A DNA stretch of 62,200 bases, counting the filler, from Babesia bigemina (lineage: Eukaryota), in the NCBI RefSeq assembly GCF_000981445.1. It is 8 parts of 8 records of this genome, joined end to end, with 100 filler letters (N's around TTAATTAATTAA, not from the genome) between each part and the next. Parts side by side here need not be neighbours in the genome. Positions count along the whole stretch, not along the records: positions 42,478 to 62,200 come from NW_012237196.1; 7 more parts are not named here. One strand, given 5' to 3'. The notes under the pieces are model-generated. The model did not search any database. It was not told the DNA's origin and saw only the letters and a program-made list of their open reading frames with translations. Shown one piece after another: positions 47,578 to 58,257 of the stretch (positions are counted from its first letter, which is position 1; every line of letters begins with the position of its first letter). The translations under genes and the position numbers were made by a program.

Positions 47578-48135
47578 TCAGCTGTAAAACGCGATGCAGA
47601 AGGGTATCTTGCGGACGAGGAAATCGCGGATGTTGCGGCCCACCGGGAAGCGGAAGATGCACAGGTCGAGCAGGATGATGGCGACGATGAGGGCAACGAT
47701 GACGGCGGCGATGGCGGAGGGGGATATTGAGAGACCTGGGGAGGCTTTTTCTTCAAGGTAGTTGCTGGAACTATCATCAGTGGGAGGACCGGACAACAGC
47801 GCTTGACTCTCGGACTGAGACTGAAGACCGGGGGAACCAGGGAGTGGAGGTGGAGGGGGGGGAGGGACACGGCAGACTTCAGCTTCTTTACTTGTACATC
47901 TCTGTTTACAACATTTACATTGACATTTGTCCTCCTTGCCTGCACATTTTGTTTTACAACCGAACGTTTCGCACTTGTAACTTGTATCTCTGTTATTAGT
48001 GCGCTTCCAGATATATCCCCAACATCCATTGCAACCCCGACCAGTCGTACACTTCTCACAGCACCACGGACAACAAATACAACTAAAACCCATTCGACAT
48101 CCCGTATTACATATACACCTCATATAATCACTCAT
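47578..48135 (-). CDS. Small Cys-rich TM-anchored protein (185 aa)
   Basis: AAG-ATG start; CICNTGCRMGFSCICCPWCC and CQCKCC motifs, poly-Pro, type X tail. Confidence 0.72.
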   Translation of the reverse strand: MSDYMRCICNTGCRMGFSCICCPWCCEKCTTGRGCNGCWGYIWKRTNNRDTSYKCETFGCKTKCAGKEDKCQCKCCKQRCTSKEAEVCRVPPPPPPPLPGSPGLQSQSESQALLSGPPTDDSSSNYLEEKASPGLSISPSAIAAVIVALIVAIILLDLCIFRFPVGRNIRDFLVRKIPFCIAFYS

Positions 48136-48138
48136 CTT

Positions 48139-49865
48139 GTCCCCTCAACCTGCAAGCATATCAATCACTCAAGCAGCACTCACCAACTGCAACACGTTCC
48201 CCTTCCCCTCCCAGTCCCCTCAACCTGCGAACATCAATCACCTATGCAAGCACTCACCAACTGCAACACGTACCACTGCCGCGCCCAGTCCCGTCAACCT
48301 GCAAACTTATCAATCACTCAAGCAGCACTCACCAACTGCAACACTACCACTGCCGCTCCCAATCCCCTCAGCCTGCAAACGTATCAATCACCTAGCAACG
48401 CACTCACCAACTGAAACACTACCACTGCCGCTCCCAGTCCCCTCAACTGCGAACATATCAATCACCTAAGCAACGCACTCACCAACTGCAACACTGCCAC
48501 TGCCGCTCCCACTCCCTCAACCTGCAGACATATCGATCACCTAGCAAGCACTCACCAACTGCAACACGTACACTCCCACTCCCAGTCCCCTCAACCTGCA
48601 AACATATCAATCACCTAACAACTCACTCACCAACTGCAACACTACCACTGCCGCTCCCACTCCCCTCAACCTGCAAGCATATCAATCACCTAGCAACGCA
48701 CTCACCAACTGCAACACTACCACTGCCGCTCCCAGTCCCCTCAACCTGCAAACATATCAGTCACCTTGCAACGCACTCACCAACTGCAACACGTACCACT
48801 GCCGCTCCCAGTCCCCTCAGCCTGCGAACATCAATCACCTAGCAACGCACTCACCAACTGCAACACGTACCACTGCCGCTACCAGTCCCCTCAACCTGCG
48901 AACATGTCAATCACTCAAGCAACACTCACCAACTGCAACACTGCCACTGCCGCTCCCACTCCCCTCAACCTGCTAACATATCAATCACTAAGCAACGCAC
49001 TCACCAACTGCAACACTACCACTGCCGCTCCCAGTCCCCTCAACCTGCGAGCATCAATCACTCAAGCAGCACTCACCAACTGCAACACTACCACTGCCGC
49101 TCCCACTCCCCTCAACCTGCAAACATATCAATCACTCAAACAACGCACTCACCAACTGCAACACGTACCACTGCCGCTCCCAGTCTCTCAGCCTGCAAAC
49201 ATATCAATCACCTATGCAAACACTCACCAACTGCAACACGTGCCACTGCCGCTCCCAGTACCCTCAACCTGCGAACATGTCAATCACCTAGCAACGCACT
49301 CACCAACTGCAACACGTGCCACTGCCGCTCCCAGTCCCCTCAACCTGCAGACATATCAATCACTCAAGCAGCACTCACCAACTGCAACGCGTACCACTGC
49401 CGCTCCCACTCCCCTCAACCTGCTGACATATCAATCACCCAGCAACGCACTCACCAACTGCAACACGTACCACTGCCGCTCCCAGTCCCCTCACCCTGCG
49501 AACATGTCAATCACCTAGCAACGCACTCACCAACTGCAACACGTGCCACTGCCGCTCCCAGTACCCTCAACCTGCGAACATATCAATCACCTATGCAAGC
49601 ACTCACCAACTGCAACACTACCACTGCCGCGCCCAGTCCCCTCAACCTGCAAACTTATCAATCACTCGAGCAGCACTCACCAACTGCAACACGTACCACT
49701 GCCGCTCCCACTCCCCTCAGCCTGCAAACTTATCAATCACTCGAGCAGCACTCACCAACTGCAACACTACCACTGCCGCTCCCAGTCCCCTCAACCTGCA
49801 AACTTATCAATCACTCGAGCAGCACTCACCAACTGCAACACGTACCACTGCCGCTCACCAACTAC
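48139..49865 (-). repeat. ~75-bp mini-intron/exon tandem array (~23 units)
   Basis: The last unit 48150-48183 reads GTGAGTGCTGCTTGAGTGATTGATATGCTTGCAG on the minus strand, 14 nt before the ATG. Confidence 0.9.
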
Positions 49866-49879
49866 AACATGACTTACTT

Positions 49880-50350
49880 AACCCTCACCCCTGTATCCCC
49901 CAGCCCGGGCCACCGACACCCACGCTGCCCGGGATACCACAGATGCCCTGACGCGACGCATGTGATCGGCAACAACTGTCACTTCAAATTATTCACTATT
50001 CGCAACGCCATGAAAATTGCAGCGAACCCCGTGCGCTCAACTCCCACAGTGCAGCAGCACCGTGCTACGAGCCGCGGTATCGGCGCCATGCTGGCGGAGC
50101 GTGTCGGCTACGTGCCTAAATGTGATATTGACAATCGCTACATTGCCGCCTATAAACGCTACTTAACCGGGCCAACGCGGATTACGCCACCCTGCCAGCG
50201 ACTCGCAACACACGACTTGGGTCACCCGCCGCAACCCTCACGACCGCCTACGTAGCGACCAATCACCTAGCCTCACGTGACACTCACTCTATGGGCAACG
50301 CGGACACCTCTCACAGTCAACGCACAACTCAACGCATCTACCAAATTACG
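49880..50350. promoter_or_regulatory. Third copy of the conserved unique block
   Basis: Similar to 6306-6815 and 17386-17870. Confidence 0.45.
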
Positions 50351-50356
50351 GTGCAT

Positions 50357-50615
50357 CCGCCAGCTTACCACTTTGCCTGGGTGCTAGGTCATCACATTGC
50401 CTGGTTGCTTGCTTAGCACTTTGCCTGAATGCTAGGTTAGCACTTTGCCTGTGTGCTAGGTCAACACGTTGCCTGGTTGCTAGGTTAACACGTTGCCTGG
50501 TTGCCAGCTTAGCACTTAGCCTGGTCGCCAGCTTAGCACTTAGCCTGCGTGCTAGCTTAGCACTTAGCCTGTGTGCTAGCTTAGCACTTTGCCTGGTTGC
50601 TAGGTTAGCACTTTG
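50357..50615. repeat. 21-bp GCTAG minisatellite
   Basis: Tandem 21-mers. Confidence 0.9.
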
Positions 50616-50774
50616 CATTGTCGTTTACTCATCACCTAATCCATGTGCTATCTAGTTCACAGGTTGCCGCTAGAGTAATTCGAGACATTAGACTACGTTT
50701 GTCGGTTAGGTGAGTAGGTGAGTTGCTAAGTGAGTAGTTACGTGAGTTGTTGTGAATTACAGACGTGAATACAA

Positions 50775-53700
50775 TTATGGTTGCAGGTACGATATCTTGG
50801 CAAGCCTTCCGACTTGCGCTGCAGCCAACAATGACTGCGCCGTTATCTTGTGCGACGACGGTATCCTCAGGTGTGAGCGGATGTGGAGCACATCCAGTCT
50901 GCCAACCATTACGCAGATGAGGTAGAAGAGGGAGAGGGACCAGAGGGCGACGACCATGTAAGTGAACGGTTCTCTGATTCTCCAAATGAAGTTGTCGCAT
51001 TCCTCAAATAATTTGGTGAAGTATTGCGATTTTAGCAGATTACTCAGTTGTGTATGGAAACTAAGGCAGAATTTACTGTTAGTTCCATACAGCGTTTTTG
51101 CGTTGCCAAAAGTGAATCCGTATTGGTAGAACGTAGTCATCACTCCACGACAGCTTATCAATGCGTTGCACTTGCAGCTGTATTCGACACCGTGCTTTCC
51201 CGGCTTGCACGAACATTTCGTACAACCGGAGCCTCCACAATCAATCTGCTGGAACGCTTCAAGCAATGATTTAAGGTAACTGTAGAATGTCCACGGCAGA
51301 TATACAGCCCATGACAAGTAGAGAGCAGCGTGTTTTTTGGCGAGGTACGTGTACGCATCGGATGATGTGGAGCAGAGGTAGGGAGCGCAGTGAATATCCC
51401 TGTCATTAGGTAGATCACATGATTCTCTTGACAGGCTCCACAAGTCAGCTTCCGTAGATTTGGAATGGGCCGGGGTGTTGTGACCCGTTTGGTTGCGATA
51501 TGCATTCTGCAGCGCACCTGTGAGTTTGCTTGTCTCCTTGTATAGCTCGATTGAGAGCGCTTTGGTTTTCGATACAAAAGCTGAGCTGACTTCATCACTA
51601 GCGGCGTTAGCATTATCTAACATACTACTTAACGTCAACGCAAATTGGAAGTGTTCGGGCAACGTAGATGGCGGCTTGGGCATTAAACCGAGCAGCGCGT
51701 TAATATTCGAATTGTCGAAGAATTTGGTCAGCACGGTACATATGTCCTTACCTGTCTTCGTGGATCCCGAGAAACCTCTGAAGCCGAGTGGTGTTATACA
51801 TGGCGCACCGGGTAGGCTTTTGGGACACGTTTTACACTCGGACTTACATCCCGCTGAAACCAACTGGTGAGGCAGGCACCCGGGTAGGCAGTCGCGAAGA
51901 TACGACATCAACGGCGATCTAGGTAGGCAATCGGTCGACTCCTCAGCAGGATGTTCACGGCATTGCCAATTGGAGTGTTTGACTCCTCTGCCGTACTGAC
52001 AGCCGTACCAGCCGTGGTATGCAGCGCTTAGGCCGCATTGAGTATGCAAAAATTTAAGTGAGGGTAGTAGTCTGCGAAGAATGTCCAATAGCATCTGAAG
52101 GCAATCTTCGCCCCTGGATGGGTAGTGAAAGTTCAGCGAATTGGTCGAGTAGTCCACGGCGTACATGGAGTGCGCGTCCCCGGTTCCAGCGATTGTTGTG
52201 AGAATATCGTGGGATCTGGAACATAGGCGTTTCACTGCGCGCTGAGTATTATCTAGCGCTATGTATTGTGGATACGCTGGCAGGGGTTCGTCGCTGATGT
52301 ATGTGACGGGGATACCATCGGCGTCTTCGGGCTGTTTAGTGGGATCGACGAATAGTTCACTGACAGTCTCATGTAACATTTCGTCAAAAACGTTATTGCA
52401 CGGTAGCCCGGACACCCAGCACAGCATCTCGAATATGTTACATGGACGTTTCCTCGCAGAGAAGGTGGCGACGTGGCTGACTTGGTAATATATCTGGAGA
52501 CAGTCGTGAAGCTTATCCAGTGCGTTTTGTTTGGATTTATCAATGTAATACACGTGTCGTTCATCCTTTCCGAACATACGTTTGCAGATGAATAATCCTG
52601 TCATGCCTTTACTGTCCTGCAGCTCCCAGTGCTTCTTCCCGTCCTCGGTAACCTTGTAGCCTTGAGTGGCGAAATACTTTCCGAGCTCTGTGTGTATGTT
52701 AATTTGATCGCTTTTACACCTTGCAACGCAGTACTTCAGTATAGTCTTGAACTCGGAATACAGGATGGAGAGCAGCGACAGGCACACCTTAGCGCACTTT
52801 TTGCCATCATCAGTCACTTTATCGCTTCTCGCATCGACCAATATCATGCCATCCGAAGCGCCATCGTACGCGTTTAGATATGTCTTACTAAGCTCACCGA
52901 CCAACGCTTTTATACCGCTCTTAAGGGCGTCGAGAAGCGTGTTGCACGGACTAGAGAAATTGGTAGGAACTAGATTATCATGTGCGTTGTTCAAAATGCC
53001 GAGATTATGGGCAACACTGTGAGTGAAGTTGCCGGAGTTTTGAAGTTGTGTGAGCAGAATGTTCAGCTTATCTTTGACATGCTCAAGCTGCTCGGCGTAA
53101 GGGTGTTTATCGCCTTCGCCAATCGTCACCGGTGGAGTCTTCCTTTTCATCTCCTCAGCGTACTCCCTCTTGAGATCCTCGTCGAGATACGTCTTAAGTG
53201 GCTGCCAGAAGGACTGGAAATTGTTTGCAAGTATTGCGAAGTTTTCCTTGTAGTCAGTGGGTTTGGTTGGCACATCATTTAAGATACCGCTAAGCAGTTT
53301 GATGTTTGAACCAGTCAACTCGTGACCATTGTGACCGAACAATGCTTCCATGAAACCTTTGAACGCAGTATGCTTATCTTCTTCGATTGCTTCAGGCAGT
53401 TCATCCAACTGCCCTCTCACCTTGTCGGCGAATTGTTCCAATAGGTAGTGCATGGTTGTGACGTAATGGGTGTTTGCCTGCTTGGTTAGCTCTTTTTTGG
53501 CTTCCGTCAGTTTGTCGTCGACCTCTTTGGTGAGGTCGTCGATGACGTGTGCTGCGGCTTTGTCGGCTTCTGGCTTAAGGAACCTCTCGGCGCTACGGAT
53601 GACATGTTGCAGATCAACATCCTGAAGTTTGTGAAGCTTAGCATTTAGAGCCATCAAGCTGTGTTCACTGCCTGATACGGTTTTACCAATTCTTCGTTTC

Positions 53701-56674
53701 AACTCGGTCAATCTTCCTTTGGCGGTTTCCGGGCCTTTTTCAGCGGCGTCAGTGACGGCTTTGCAGAGCTCGTCAAGTCTGGCGTTGACTGCATCTAGCT
53801 GTTTTTGAGCGTCATTGTCGAGGGTTGTGATCGATGTCAAAGCCCCTTCCACTTGCGTTTTAATTGCGCTGATCGCCTGGGGGAGTTGGCCCTCTAGCTG
53901 GTTTGGGTCATTATCCGAGAGCGGAAGGCTCTCTTGTTTGACTTGAGAATTGTAATTTGAAAACTTATTTACATCAAGATCAGAAACTTTTTTAGATAAA
54001 CCTCCCCCATGTGGCATATGATCCACGCCGATCTCCTCGTCGAGCACATTTTTCTTACCGGTTCCACCGTTGATTTTGACATCGCCAGTTTCAAAGTTGT
54101 TTTTGTAGGTGTTGTGGAAGGCGGTCATGAAATCACTGCCAAATATATAAGTCGTCGAACCTGGACCACCTAGCGGATCCTTTTTAAACGCCTGGGGGAT
54201 GACATGATCTTTCAGCTCCGAAATACGTTGGTTGATGCTGGTTCCAAAATCGTTCAACAAATGTTGCAGGCCGGATAAATTGCTGGATCCATTGAGGCTT
54301 ACATCGGCGTGCGACGATTCTAAACCGCTATGAATTGCACCTAACTTCTCTTGGATGGCTACAGCGACGCCCTTAACTTCACTTGCCACTCTACTTTCGA
54401 TCTTCGCCATAACTTTGTCGAGAACATTATGAGAGTGTTCGGAGACGGTCTTGGCAATGTTACCTAGATCTGAAAGTATCGCTTCCATATCAGTTTTGGT
54501 TAGTTTTTCGCTCGGCGACATACCGTTACTATTTACTTTTGTTATTATCTCTGACAGCTTTGATGTATGCGAATTGAGATCAAGTTTCACGATGTCCTTC
54601 ATCGTTCCAAGTCCTTCGATGCGAATCTTACTTGCATCAGGTAGGTCGGATGACTCTGCTTCTTCGGCAATGCTCTGAAGTGCTCTAAGGGTTTCACCCA
54701 ACTTAGCGGTTTTTAGCCTACTTTGCAGTACGGTTACATTGCCTATGTCGCCAACTCTGATCCCGCTTCCGATCTTATCTATTGCCTCCTTCACACGTTG
54801 CATTACTACACCATCAAGTTTCGAAAAATAGTCCGTGAGTGGTTGAAATGGATTCTGACGATTTCTACCAATAGCCGTAAGCAAAGGAGCTGTGATCTTA
54901 CTGTTTTGGATATTCATAATATGGTCAAAACGCGAGATATTTACAAGATTCCTGATGTCCTGCAGAACTTGTCCTGTGGCCATTTGTAACGCATATTTAG
55001 TGCTCTGAAATTTATCAAAAATCTGCCCTGAATCCCTCAAAATATCACCAAGCGGCCCAGTAATCGCACTCTCAATCATCCATAATCCATCTCTCACATT
55101 CCCTTCCAACGTCTTACCTAATGCCATAACCGCTTTCTTGATCTGACCTTTCACGGTGAACAAATCCGTTTTAAGCGCCTCGTCCATCGATTTCACCTGC
55201 TGGAGCGCCAACTTTACAGTTTCCGCGACTTTAGTTTTAGCGTTATCCCCTGCTTCGCGTAGTGAGAATGCGTGCTGTCTGATCATGTTGGCCGCGGCAC
55301 TAACTGCTTTCTTTTTCTCAGAATCCTTATACACTTCCTCCAGTATCTTCTCTACTTTTTCCTCTGCCAGTCTTATTACATCATCCGTTTCCTTCATCCA
55401 CCAGTCAAAATCCTTAACGTACTGTGCCAGGACTTTACTAATGCTCTCCAGCGTATTCAAAATATTTTGAACGTCTTTTTTCAGCTTAGTGACGAGTTTA
55501 GTAATATCATCTGTTATCTTAGATTTCACGCAAGTTTTGATCTCTTCAACCTTCTTAACCATCTTCACAATCGCGTCGTAATTCTCCTTTTCCTTCCTGG
55601 ACAAGGTAGTCAACCGGTCGGTCTCGTACTTAACTGTCTCACGAACACTATGCACTCTCTCACGTAATTTATGATTAAGATCATTAATTGCGTTCTGCGT
55701 TCTCTTATTTTTAGGTGCACTAGAGTCTAATTTGCTGTTAAATTCATTGGCCTTTGCGAGGCACTGTGTCACTAAGTTGTCGGCCTTGGTCACCTCGGGG
55801 TCAGCTTGCTTGGTGTCATCGGAAACCTTGTCAACCTGAATGTCATTAAAACGTGTAATGAACTCACCGTTATTTTCAGTCTTCAGATACGTTAATAATG
55901 CTTGAATGGGATCACTGACTCTCTCGTTTGATATCTTGAGAAAACCATTGTACTTTCTCACCCCTTCAACCACCTCTCCAATCGCAGCATTAAAACCTTT
56001 TTTACCAAGGTGTTTATTGGTGTTAAGAATGTCAATTGCATCATTTAAAGTATCTTTATGCTGCCCTAAATGCTCTTTGATGTTACCGAGAACACCACTC
56101 AAAAATCCCATCACCCCGTCACACAGCCTATCCAGGTCAGAGTACACAATCCCCTGGCCAGTGTAGCCTTTGGACTCAGAGTTGAAGCCGAGAAACTTTT
56201 CGAGGCCGTCACATAAATGCGTTAAAATATTATCATTTTCACCAAGTTCAGTAGCAAATTTCTTAAGTTTCTCAACAATTTTCATCTGCTGCTTCACTTC
56301 AGCCAATCCCTTCTGCCTCTCCTCCTCAGGGAGGTGATGGGTCTTAGCACAGTCATTTTTAGCAGCTTTAAGTTTCTCGATTTTAGCGTTTAGTTCATCA
56401 ATTTGCTTTTTAGAGTCATTAGGATTATTAGATTCTAGAGTTTTAAGTTGTTCATTAGCTTTTTGAATTGCAGTCTCCTGAGACTGACAGTAGGAGGCAA
56501 CGCTTCCTGAAGCGGAGGTAGTAGGACATTGGAGTTGCTGTTCACGGGTGTTAAGGCTCGTTTCAGCTTTCTTTATAGCCTCCTCAATCAACTTTTTCAA
56601 AGCTTGAGACAACTTGGTAAGACCTTGATTATCACCATTCCCATACCTAACCTGGATCAACCAGTCGATGGACT
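50775..56674 (-). CDS. ves: Near full-length ves/VESA-like gene (class B, ~1965 aa); probable splice acceptor at 56675-56676
   Basis: Pyrimidine tract CCCTTCACTTCCCTTCTGACAG directly precedes (E)SIDWLIQV; continuous ORF to the AKISYLQP tail. Confidence 0.88.
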
Positions 56675-56762
56675 CTGTCAGAAGGGAAGTGAAGGGTGAC
56701 AAGGCACAAGTTATTGCTATGGCTTATAGAGGTCATAGGGGTATTAAGGCAAGGTGATTCGA

Positions 56763-58132
56763 GGGATGTAGAGTGGATAAAGGAGCGATGTAGAGTGGAT
56801 TAGGGAGCGATGTGGAGTGGTTAAGGGAGCGATGTAGAGTGGATAAAGGGGCGATGTAGAGTGGATAAGGAGCGATGTAGAGTGGGTTAGGGAGCGATGT
56901 AGAGTGGGTTAAGGGGCGATGTGGAGTGGAGTAAGGAGCGATGTAGAGTGGGTAAAGGGGCGATGAAGAGTGGGTTAAGGGGCGATGAGGAGTGGATGAA
57001 GGGGCGATGTAGAGTGGGTTAAGGGGCGATGTAAGGTGGGTAAAGGGGCGATGTAGAGTGGGTTAAGGGGCGATGTAGAGTGGGATAAGGGGCCATGTAG
57101 AGTGGATAAAGGAGCGATGTAGAGTGGGTAAAGGGGCGATGTAGAGTGGGTTAAGGGGCGATGTACAGTGGGTTAGGGAGCGATGTAGAGTGGGTAAAGG
57201 GGCGATGTAGAGTTGTTTAGGGGCGATGTGGAGTGGGTTAAGGGGCGATGTAGAGTGGGTTAAGGGGCGATGTAGGGTGGATTAAGGAGCGATGTAGAAT
57301 GGGTTAAGGAGCGATGTAGAGTGGGTAAAGGGGCGATGTGGAGTGGGTTAAGGGGCGATGTGGAGTGGATAAAGGGGCGATGTAGAGTGGATAAGGGAGC
57401 GATGTAGAGTGGATAAAGGGGCGATGTGGAGTGGTTAAAGGGGCGATGTACAGTGGATAAAGGAGCGATGTAGAGTGGGTTAAGGAGCGGTGTAGAGTGG
57501 GTTAGGTAGCGATGTTGAGTGTATAAGGAGCGATGTAGAGTGGATAAAGGAGCGATTAGAAGAGGTTAAGGGGCGATGTAGAGTGGGTTAAGGGGCGATG
57601 TAGAGTGGACACAGGGGCGATGTAGAGTGGATAAGGGGGCGATGTAGAGTGGGTTAAGGGGCGATGTAGAGTGGATAAAGGGGCGATGTGGAGTGGATTA
57701 GGGAGCGATGTAGAGTGATTTAGGGAGCGATGTAGAGTGGGTGAAGGGGCGATTTAGAGGGGATAAAGGGGCAATGTAGAGTGGATAAGGGGCGATGTAG
57801 AGTGGATTAGGGAGCGATGTAGAGTGGGTAATAATCACCACTCGTGAGCATGTCATCGCTGCCGTGACCATGTCATCGCTGCCGTAACCATGTCATCGCT
57901 GCCGTGACCATGCCATCGCTGCCGTGACCATGCCATCGCTGCCGTAACTATGTCATCGCTGCCGTAACCACTAACTTGGTCAGGTGTTTGGTCACCACTT
58001 TGGTTATGGCATTGGTCAGCACATTGATCACCACATTGGTCAGCACATTGGTCACCACGTTGGTCACCACTTAGGTCAGGTGCTTGGTCACCACGTTGGT
58101 CGTGGCATTGGTCAGCATCTTGATCAGCACTT
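56763..58132 (-). repeat. Minisatellite triad: 21-bp (56763-57832), 20-bp (57848-57970), 12-bp (57975-58132)
   Basis: Same units and order as elsewhere. Confidence 0.92.
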
Positions 58133-58257
58133 CAGTTAATTATTACACAATAACATACAACGATTAATGAGTGATGCAACAGATTAAAGCACAATTCATA
58201 AGTTAGGTGAGTAGGTGATATGCTAGGTGAGTGTAGATAGTAAACACGTGAGTACGA

